Source of the DNA: Ilumatobacteraceae bacterium
GTDB lineage: Bacteria; Actinomycetota; Acidimicrobiia; Acidimicrobiales; Ilumatobacteraceae
Assembly (NCBI GenBank): GCA_033344875.1
Contig: JAWPMO010000001.1
Coordinates: forward strand, 829,595 to 893,594
Reading direction: 5' to 3'
DNA length: 64,000 nt
Both the position numbers and the translations under genes were made by a program. Shown in pieces: positions 57,012 to 64,000 of the stretch; position 1 is the stretch's first letter, and every line of letters starts with the position of its first letter. Under the pieces are notes generated by a model, which made no database searches, was not told where the DNA came from, and saw only the letters and a list, made by a program, of their open reading frames with translations.

Positions 57012-57386
57012 TCAGACCTGCGGGCGTTTGCGGTCGTCGCCGACCACCGGGTCGAGGCGTTCGAGCGCCGGTGAGCTCACGTCGACCTCGCCGACCGTCA
57101 CGTCGACGCCATCGCGGTCGATGTCGGTCGGATCGCCCGAGGCCTCGACCGTGACGGGTGCGTCTTCTTTCGGCGGACCTTCGTAGATCTCGGCGACGGC
57201 CATCATGGCCCCGGCCATCGCCGCCCCGGCGACACCCCCCTTGCGACGCCCGGCCTCGACGGCGCTCGCCCGCTGACGAGCGAGACGCTCCTCGTGCTCG
57301 CGGAGCATCTCGTCGTGGGCTCGCGCGGAGGCGTCGCCCTCTGCCGATTCGAACGGTTCGCCAGGGTCACCCGCGTCGCGCTGCAT
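57012..57386 (-). CDS. Hypothetical acidic protein
   Basis: 124-aa ORF with consistently high GC3. Central hydrophobic Ala/Gly/Met stretch (GGVAGAAMAGAMMAVAEIY). I recognise no family. Confidence 0.45.
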   Translation of the reverse strand: MQRDAGDPGEPFESAEGDASARAHDEMLREHEERLARQRASAVEAGRRKGGVAGAAMAGAMMAVAEIYEGPPKEDAPVTVEASGDPTDIDRDGVDVTVGEVDVSSPALERLDPVVGDDRKRPQV

Positions 57387-57403
57387 CCCCCAAGGGTACG
57401 GGG

Positions 57404-58489
57404 TCAGCCCATCAGATCGCGGAGTTGCTCGATCGTCTTCACGGGGTCGTTGCCGACGGGCTGCACCGAGAGATGCGTGACACCCGCCTCCGCGTACGCT
57501 GCGAGCCGTTCTCTGACCTGCCCAGCGGAGCCGACCAGATTGGTGTTGGCGAGCATCTCGGCGGGCACCTTGGCCGCAGCCTCCTCCTTCTTGCCGGAGA
57601 GGTAGAGGTCCTGGATCTCGATCGCCTCGTCGACGTACCCGTACTTCTGCGTGATCGTGTTGTAGAAGTTCTTGTCGCGCGCTCCCATGCCACCGACGTA
57701 CAGGGCCACGTGCGGGCGCGCCTTGTCGAGCACCCGGTCGGCCGCCTCTCCCGCGAACTCGTCGCCGATCGCGACCATGCCGCCCGCCGAGATCTGGAGC
57801 GGACCGAGCGACTCGTCGCGCTGTGCCGTGCCCTTCTTGAGTTCATCGCCCCACACCGTGTGGAACTTCTCGGGGTCGAAGAAGATCGGCAGCCAGCCGT
57901 CGGCGTACTGGGCGGTCGCGGTCACCGACAACCCCATCAGCGACGCCCAGAAGATCGGGATGTCGGGGCGAACGGGGTGGTTGATCAGCTTGAGCGGCTT
58001 GCCGAGGCCGGTGCCCTGCCCCTCGGGCAGCGGCACCTGGACGGCGGGACCGTCGTATTCGACCTTCTCGCGTCGCCACACCATGCGACAGATGTTGATG
58101 TAGTCACGGATGCGAGCCATGGGCTTGTCGTACGGAACCCCGTGGAACCCTTCGATCACCTGCGGTCCCGAAGCACCCAGGCCGAGGACGAAGCGGCCGT
58201 CGCTGACGTAGTCGAGCCCGGCGGCCGTCTGCGCCATGCAGGTCGCCGTGCGCGAGTACGTGTTGAGGATGCCGGACCCGATGTGGATCGTGCTCGTCTT
58301 GGCGGCGAGGAACCCCATCTGGCTGACCGAGTCGAAGCTGTACGCCTCGGGCACCCACACGAGGTCGAGACCCGCAGCTTCCAGTTCCTGCACATGTGCG
58401 ACGTCCGCGTGGAAGTCACCTGAGTAGTTGATCGACATCGAGAGCTTCACGGCTCCGACGTTACGCAACGCGACCCGATCCGGGTTCAT
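57404..58489 (-). CDS. LLM-class (luciferase-like) F420-dependent oxidoreductase
   Basis: Typical LLM pattern (KLSMSINYSGDF, LDLVWVPEAYSFD, GLGASGPQVIEGFHG). The start is more likely GTG 58450 (VKLSMSINY) than ATG 58489. Confidence 0.85.
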   Translation of the reverse strand: MNPDRVALRNVGAVKLSMSINYSGDFHADVAHVQELEAAGLDLVWVPEAYSFDSVSQMGFLAAKTSTIHIGSGILNTYSRTATCMAQTAAGLDYVSDGRFVLGLGASGPQVIEGFHGVPYDKPMARIRDYINICRMVWRREKVEYDGPAVQVPLPEGQGTGLGKPLKLINHPVRPDIPIFWASLMGLSVTATAQYADGWLPIFFDPEKFHTVWGDELKKGTAQRDESLGPLQISAGGMVAIGDEFAGEAADRVLDKARPHVALYVGGMGARDKNFYNTITQKYGYVDEAIEIQDLYLSGKKEEAAAKVPAEMLANTNLVGSAGQVRERLAAYAEAGVTHLSVQPVGNDPVKTIEQLRDLMG

Positions 58490-58513
58490 TCGGGCAGGGA
58501 GGATGCGCGCTCG

Positions 58514-59332
58514 TCAACCGATGGCGTGATTGAGGTTGCCCGACCGGAACCCCTCGAGGTCGAGCGTGACGTACCGGTAGCCGCAGGCCCGGACGGCGCT
58601 GACGACCTCGTCACGGCGCTCGACGATCGCGCCGATCGCGTCGAGTTCGACCTCGATCCGGGCCGTGTCGTCGTAGTGGCGGACGCGACACTGGCGGATA
58701 CCCAGGTCGTGGAGTGCCGCCTCGGCCCGCTCGACCCGACCGAGGATCCCGATCGACACCTCGGTGCCGTAGGGCACGCGGCTCGCCAGGCAGGCCGCCG
58801 CCGGCTTGTCCCACGTCCGGAGCCCGAGCCGCTGCGACGCCGCTCGGACGTCGGCCTTGGTGAACCCGGCGTCGACCAGCGGGAACACCGCGCCCGCCTC
58901 GGTTGCCGCGCGCTGCCCCGGGCGGTGGTCGCCGAGGTCGTCGACGTTCACGCCGAGCGCGATCGTCGCCGAGTGCGTCGCGGCGATGGGAGCGACGACC
59001 TCCATGAGCTCCGCCTTGCAGTGGAAGCACCGATCGGCGTCGTTACGTCGGTACGCGGCCCGCTCCATCTCGAACGTCTCCACCGACGACCAGGTCATAC
59101 CCCACTCGGCCGCCAGCGCTCGGCAATCGGCCTCCTCGGCGCCCGCCAGGGACGGCGACACGGCCGTGACCGCGTGCGCTCGCTCGGCACCCAGCGTGCG
59201 ATGCGCGACCGCAGCCAGCAGCGACGAGTCGGCACCTCCCGAGAAGGCCACGACGACCGTGCCGAGCTCGTCGAGCCGGGCGCGGAGTGCGTCCAGTTTG
59301 AGGTCGATGTCGTCGACTCGGTCCACAACCAC
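58514..59332 (-). CDS. larE: PP-loop ATP-utilising sulfur transferase, LarE family (TIGR00268-like)
   Basis: PP-loop VAFSGGADSSLLA. Conserved Cys in AACLASRVPYG plus a CFHCK pair. Confidence 0.75.
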   Translation of the reverse strand: MVVDRVDDIDLKLDALRARLDELGTVVVAFSGGADSSLLAAVAHRTLGAERAHAVTAVSPSLAGAEEADCRALAAEWGMTWSSVETFEMERAAYRRNDADRCFHCKAELMEVVAPIAATHSATIALGVNVDDLGDHRPGQRAATEAGAVFPLVDAGFTKADVRAASQRLGLRTWDKPAAACLASRVPYGTEVSIGILGRVERAEAALHDLGIRQCRVRHYDDTARIEVELDAIGAIVERRDEVVSAVRACGYRYVTLDLEGFRSGNLNHAIG

Positions 59333-59391
59333 CCCGGGAGTGTGCCACGACTATGACGGGTGACCACGCTGTGCGCGAGGATGGCGGAGGC

Positions 59392-61497
59392 ATGGGAGCT
59401 CCTCTCTGGTGGCAGCGACGTCGATTCGGCATGATGATCCATGCGAGTCTGGCGACGGTGCCGGGATGGGCACCGATCGGCGCCGACCCCGCCTGGTACC
59501 GGGCGCACACCGATCCGAGCGTTCGCGACGTGCTGCTGCACCCCTCGCCGCTCGTCGAGACGCTCGCCCACCACGCCGCCCGATGGGCCCACGTCGAGCG
59601 GTACGACGACTTCTTCCCGTTCCTCACCTTCGACGACTTCGACCCGGACGAGTGGGCCGGGCTCGCCCGGGATGCCGGCATGGGCTACGCCGTCATGAAC
59701 GCCAAGCACCACGACGGGCTCTGCTGGTGGGACGCTCCGGCCACCGATCGCACCGTGCTCCACGACGGTCCGGCCCGGAACGTCCTCGGTGAGTTCGCGG
59801 CCGCGTGCGAACGCTCCGACCTCGTGTTCGGCACCTCGTACTCGCTGCTCGACTGGGCCGACGAGCGGTACCCGGGCTGCGACTACGTCGACCAGGTCGT
59901 GCACCCCCAGGTCCTCGACCTGGTCGGTCGCTACGGGTCCAAGATGCTGTGGGGCGATGGCCACTGGGGCGCCGGAGGCGACCACTGGAGAAGCGACGAT
60001 CTGATGGCGCGTGTTCGCGCGATCGATCCCGACGTCATCATCAACGACCGCTGGTGGGCCGCCGAGGCCGACGTGCGCACCTTCGAGCAACGTGTGCCCG
60101 AGCAGATCATGGGCACGCCGTTCGAGGTCCGTCGCGGCATCGGGCGCGGGATCGGACACAACCGGGCCGAACCCGACGAACACCTGCTCTCCGCCGGCGA
60201 CATCGTCGCACTCCTCACCGAGGTCGTGGCCAAGGGAGGCCACCTGCTGCTCTGCGTCACCCCCGACGCGACGGGACGGATCCCCGAGGCCCACGCCGAG
60301 CGCCTTCGCGCTGCGGGCGGATGGGTGCGACGCCACACCGACCTGATCTCGACCGGGACGCCGTGGCACGTCTGGGGTGACGACGACTGTCGCTACATCG
60401 TCGTCGACGGTGCGCTCCATGCGATCGACGTCAGCGGTCGCGGGCGCTTCGCCGCACTCGGCCATGACGAGGGAGCGGTCCGCTCGATCACGACGCTCGA
60501 CGGCGCGGTCATGCAGTTCGAGCACGACCGCCGCGGCGTCACACTCGAACGGGGACCTCGCCGCCAGGCACGGTTGCCCGTCGTGTACCGCATCGAACTC
60601 GACGAGATCCCCGAGGCGCCGATCGAACTCTTCCCCGCCGGGGCGCCGTCGACGATCGAGCTCGCTCCGCTGCTCGAAGGGGCGCGGTCGGGTTCGATCG
60701 TGCAGCTCGGTGACGGACGGTATGTCGGCCCGGCCCGCATCCCCGACGGCGTGACCGTCCGGGGGCTCGGGCCCGATCGGACCACGATCGACGGGATCGA
60801 GAGCGTCGCCGTCGTGCTGGGAACCCGGTCGCGCCTCGAGCACTGCTCGGTGCGCGGCGCCGGCGACCGCATCGCCTGGTTGCCCAAGTTCGTCGTGACG
60901 ATCTCCGGCGAACAGGCGTGTGTGCTCGGCTGTCAGGTCGACGGGCACCTCGATGTCCAGGGCGATCGCGCCCGGATCACGTCGTGCCACGCCGTCGGGG
61001 TCGTGTCGAGCGGTGCCGATGCCGTCACCATCGCCCGGTCGTCGTTCCGGGGCATGCAGTGGGACTGCGCCGTCGACCTGACCGGAGGAACCCGACATGT
61101 CGTCGAGGGCAGCGAGTTCCGCCGGGTACTCCAGGCGGTCCGTCTCACCGGCACAGTCGGCGCCGAGGTCCGGGGCAACGAGATCCACGCCCGATGGTGG
61201 GGCGTGCAGTTGATCGACACCGAGGGGTCCGTGGTGTTCGGCAACTCGGTCGCCGACACGATGCGCGCCGTCGATGTCGACGGCGGCACGTTGGCCCAGG
61301 TCACCGGCAACGCCGTGCACGACGGCGACAGCGGCTGCCTCGTCCAACGGGGCGCGAGCGATGCGGAGATCACGGGCAACCACTGGGAGCGCTGCCGGGT
61401 CGGCCTGCTCGCATGGGATGCCGGTCAGGTCCGCCACCACGACAACGCCGCGGTCGATCTGCTCGAACCCGACGCGAACGTCGTCGTCGGGCCCTGA
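59392..61497 (+). CDS. GH29 alpha-L-fucosidase-like domain fused to right-handed parallel beta-helix repeat domain, no signal peptide
   Basis: N-terminal half carries WWQRRRFGMMIHASLATVPGW, NAKHHDGLCWWD and MLWGDGHWG (GH29-like). C-terminal half carries repeated G-x-x-V/I-x-G-N/C beta-helix turns (VRGNEIHARWWGVQL, VFGNSVADT, VTGNAVHDG, ITGNHWERC). ATG 59392 is preferred over the track start 59353. Confidence 0.7.
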   Translation: MGAPLWWQRRRFGMMIHASLATVPGWAPIGADPAWYRAHTDPSVRDVLLHPSPLVETLAHHAARWAHVERYDDFFPFLTFDDFDPDEWAGLARDAGMGYAVMNAKHHDGLCWWDAPATDRTVLHDGPARNVLGEFAAACERSDLVFGTSYSLLDWADERYPGCDYVDQVVHPQVLDLVGRYGSKMLWGDGHWGAGGDHWRSDDLMARVRAIDPDVIINDRWWAAEADVRTFEQRVPEQIMGTPFEVRRGIGRGIGHNRAEPDEHLLSAGDIVALLTEVVAKGGHLLLCVTPDATGRIPEAHAERLRAAGGWVRRHTDLISTGTPWHVWGDDDCRYIVVDGALHAIDVSGRGRFAALGHDEGAVRSITTLDGAVMQFEHDRRGVTLERGPRRQARLPVVYRIELDEIPEAPIELFPAGAPSTIELAPLLEGARSGSIVQLGDGRYVGPARIPDGVTVRGLGPDRTTIDGIESVAVVLGTRSRLEHCSVRGAGDRIAWLPKFVVTISGEQACVLGCQVDGHLDVQGDRARITSCHAVGVVSSGADAVTIARSSFRGMQWDCAVDLTGGTRHVVEGSEFRRVLQAVRLTGTVGAEVRGNEIHARWWGVQLIDTEGSVVFGNSVADTMRAVDVDGGTLAQVTGNAVHDGDSGCLVQRGASDAEITGNHWERCRVGLLAWDAGQVRHHDNAAVDLLEPDANVVVGP

Positions 61498-61504
61498 CGG
61501 CCGA

Positions 61505-63355
61505 TCAGCCTGCTTTGGAGCCGGCGAGCGCCTTGGCGGCGCGGTGACGATCTTGCGGATCGAGATGCACCTTGCGCAGGCGCACGTGCTTCGGCGTGAC
61601 CTCGATGCACTCGTCGCTGGTGATGAACTCGAGCGCATGCTCGAGTGACAACACGCGGTGCGGTGTCAGCTTGATCGTGTCGTCGGACGACGAGGCCCGG
61701 ACGTTGGTCAGCTTCTTCTCACGGCAGATGTTGACGTCCATGTCGCCCGCCCTCGAGTTCTCGCCGACGATCATGCCCATGTAGACGTCGGTACCGGGAC
61801 CGACCATCATCGTGCAGCGCTCCTGCAGGTTGGTCATGGCGTAGGTGGTCGTGGGACCGGTCCGGTCGGCGACGATCGAACCACGGTCGCGCGCCCGGAT
61901 CTCGCCGAACCACGGCTCGTAGTCCTCGAAGATGTGGCTGATCACGCCGGTGCCGCGCGTCTCGGTCAGGAAGTCGGTCCGGAACCCGATCAGGCCACGG
62001 GCCGGGACGAGGTATTCGAGCCGGACCCAGCCCATGCCGTGGTTGGTCATGTTCTCCATGCGGCCCTTGCGGGCGGCGAGGAGCTGGGTGATCGAGCCGA
62101 GGTGCTCTTCGGGGATGTCGATCGTGACGCGCTCGACCGGCTCGTGGCGCTTGCCACCGATCTCCTTGGTGACGACCTCGGGCTTCCCGACGGTCAGTTC
62201 GAAGCCCTCGCGTCGCATCGTCTCGACGAGCACGGCGAGTTGCAGCTCACCACGGGCCTGCACCTCCCAGGCGTCGGGCCGGTCGGTCGGGTTGACGCGG
62301 ATGCTCACGTTGCCGATCAACTCGGCATCGAGCCGGTTCTTGACCAGACGGGCGGTCAGCTTGCTGCCGTCGCGGCCGGCGAGCGGCGAGGTGTTGATGC
62401 CGATCGTCATCGCGAGCGCCGGTTCGTCGACGGTGATCAGCGGCAGCGCGACCGGTGTCTCGGCGTCGGCGAGGGTCTCGCCGATCGTGATCTCGGAGAT
62501 GCCGGCGACGGCGACCAGGTCGCCGGGGCCGGCGGAATCGACGGGCACACGGGTGAGCTGCTCGGTCAGGAACAGCTCGGCGACCTTGGTGCGGGTGATC
62601 GTGCCGTCGACACGGCACCAGGCGACCTGCTTGCCCTTCTCGATGTAGCCCTCGACGACGCGGCAGAGTGCGAGTCGCCCCAGGTAGGCGTTGGCATCGA
62701 GGTTGGTGACCCACGCCTGCAACGGCGCGCCCTCGTGATAGGTCGGCGCCGGGATCGTGGACAGGATGACGTCGCAGAGCGGGCCGAGGTTGTCACCACG
62801 GTCGTCGAGGTCGAGCGATGCCCACCCGTCGCGTCCCGAGCAGTACACGATCGGGAAGTCGAGCTGCCCGTCGTTCGCATCGAGGTCCATGAACAACTCG
62901 TAGACCTCGTCAACGACCTCGGCGATGCGGGCATCGGGCCGGTCGACCTTGTTGATCACGAGGATCACGGGCATGTCGTACGCCAGCGCCTTGCGCAGCA
63001 CGAAACGGGTCTGCGGCAGCGGGCCCTCGGCGGCGTCGACGAGCAGGACGATGCCGTCGACCATCGTCAACGCGCGCTCGACCTCGCCACCGAAGTCGGC
63101 GTGACCGGGCGTGTCGACGATGTTGAGGGTGATGCCGTCCCACTGGACCGACGTGTTCTTGGCGAGGATCGTGATGCCCTTCTCGCGCTCGAGGTCGTTG
63201 GAGTCCATCACCCGTTCGTTCACGGTCTCGTTCGAGCGGAACGCGCCCGACTGCTGGAGGAGGGAGTCGACGAGGGTGGTCTTTCCGTGGTCGACATGTG
63301 CGACGATCGCGAGGTTGCGAAGGTCGTCGCGGGAGGACAGGGGGGTCTCAGACAT
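61505..63355 (-). CDS. typA: Translational GTPase TypA/BipA
   Basis: G1 [29 protein letters not shown]. 616 aa with the TypA-specific C-terminal domain. Confidence 0.97.
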   Translation of the reverse strand: MSETPLSSRDDLRNLAIVAHVDHGKTTLVDSLLQQSGAFRSNETVNERVMDSNDLEREKGITILAKNTSVQWDGITLNIVDTPGHADFGGEVERALTMVDGIVLLVDAAEGPLPQTRFVLRKALAYDMPVILVINKVDRPDARIAEVVDEVYELFMDLDANDGQLDFPIVYCSGRDGWASLDLDDRGDNLGPLCDVILSTIPAPTYHEGAPLQAWVTNLDANAYLGRLALCRVVEGYIEKGKQVAWCRVDGTITRTKVAELFLTEQLTRVPVDSAGPGDLVAVAGISEITIGETLADAETPVALPLITVDEPALAMTIGINTSPLAGRDGSKLTARLVKNRLDAELIGNVSIRVNPTDRPDAWEVQARGELQLAVLVETMRREGFELTVGKPEVVTKEIGGKRHEPVERVTIDIPEEHLGSITQLLAARKGRMENMTNHGMGWVRLEYLVPARGLIGFRTDFLTETRGTGVISHIFEDYEPWFGEIRARDRGSIVADRTGPTTTYAMTNLQERCTMMVGPGTDVYMGMIVGENSRAGDMDVNICREKKLTNVRASSSDDTIKLTPHRVLSLEHALEFITSDECIEVTPKHVRLRKVHLDPQDRHRAAKALAGSKAG

Positions 63356-63405
63356 AGCTCGTCCACGCTATCGGCCGATCCGGCAGGTTCTGTGCGGCGC
63401 TGCCG

Positions 63406-64000
63406 TCAGATCAGCGCGGCGTGATCGTCGAGGCCCCGCACCGATCGCCGACGGGCGGCGTCGACGCCGAGGTAGGCCGCCCCGAAACCGGCCGTGCCGA
63501 ACAACGTGATCATCGCGCCGCTCGGCACCTCGGCGTACCAACTCAGGTACATGCCGCCGAACCCGAAGACGGCACCCAGCAACGGAGCGAGCCACAGCAT
63601 GCGGCCGATCGACTTGGTCAGCAGCCGAGCGGTGCCGGCCGGCAGGACCAGCATCGCCGCGATCAGCAGTGCGCCGATCACACGGGCCGACACGATCACG
63701 GTCGCCGACAGCGCCACCATCAGCAGTGCGTCGATCCGGGCGACCGGGATGCCAGCGGTGCGCGCGACATCGGGGTCGAACGTGGCGAAGGTCAACTCAC
63801 GCCGGAAGCCGATGACGAAGGCGGTGACGGCGACGCCGACCACGAGGACGGCGATCACGTCGCGCTGGAACACCGCGAGCACGTTGCCGAACAGAACCGT
63901 GTCGAGCGTGCTCGACACCGAACCGTTGCGGCTCTGGATCGCGAGGCCGACAGCAAACGATGCCGTGGTCACCACGCCGATCGCTGCGTCGGCGTTGATC
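63406..64000 (-). CDS. Metal (Zn/Mn) ABC transporter permease, ABC-3 family, N-terminus beyond the window
   Basis: Multi-TM ORF open to the window end. Motifs [13 protein letters not shown] and [17 protein letters not shown] are typical of ZnuB/MntB-type permeases. Confidence 0.8.
   Translation of the reverse strand, partial: INADAAIGVVTTASFAVGLAIQSRNGSVSSTLDTVLFGNVLAVFQRDVIAVLVVGVAVTAFVIGFRRELTFATFDPDVARTAGIPVARIDALLMVALSATVIVSARVIGALLIAAMLVLPAGTARLLTKSIGRMLWLAPLLGAVFGFGGMYLSWYAEVPSGAMITLFGTAGFGAAYLGVDAARRRSVRGLDDHAALI

Noticed and set aside
59095-61638. 847-aa minus-strand ORF.
   Set aside because: It is antisense to the GH29/beta-helix gene and overlaps larE and typA in other frames. The plus-strand product has recognisable GH29 and beta-helix motifs, whereas this frame is Arg/Asp/Gly/Pro-rich.

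Overview
Very GC-rich, gene-dense chromosomal segment with strong GC3 codon bias, about 65 CDS, and no intergenic gap longer than about 140 nt. It looks like an Actinomycetota genome. Gene content (queA-tgt present, separate secD and secF) suggests a non-mycolate lineage such as Acidimicrobiia, but the taxon cannot be proven from this window. I found no rRNA, tRNA, CRISPR array, transposase, phage integrase or prophage genes, and no gap is large enough to hold a typical structured RNA. Most of the window is housekeeping, arranged in long minus-strand arrays with many 4-nt start/stop overlaps (ATGA or GTGA). Array 1 is CGNR-small ORF-scpA-scpB-rluB-tyrA-aroA, followed by a HAD-IB/UbiA(DPPR-synthase type)/methyltransferase tail. 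Array 2 is HAD-IIA-phasin-like-tlyA-nadK-recN-pyrG-nudix-xerD-HD, which matches the mycobacterial Rv1692-Rv1701 order. Array 3 is ruvC-ruvA-ruvB-(DLH)-queA-tgt-yajC-secD-secF-apt-relA-hisS-aspS, an ancient Bacillus/Mycobacterium-type order. Between arrays 2 and 3 lies a more accessory-looking stretch at about 20.6-37.7 kb. It contains DUF1015, an SSB-like OB-fold protein, fba, a dCMP deaminase coupled to a Cys-type sulfatase, NfeD-SPFH-DUF2510, a poly-Thr membrane protein, an MMPL transporter with a divergent two-component system, and DUF2891. It also holds my best candidate for an uncharacterised system: a cytoplasmic cNMP-domain histidine kinase translationally coupled to a response-regulator-fused, completely cysteine-free thioredoxin-reductase-like flavoprotein. 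The 3' third of the window (51.6-64 kb) carries redox and lipid-type enzymes, a 3-Cys LarE homologue, a GH29/beta-helix fusion, typA, and a truncated metal ABC permease. All function calls rest on motif recognition by eye in the supplied translations. No database search was run. I see no clear-cut novel defence or mobile system, and the findings are scored accordingly.
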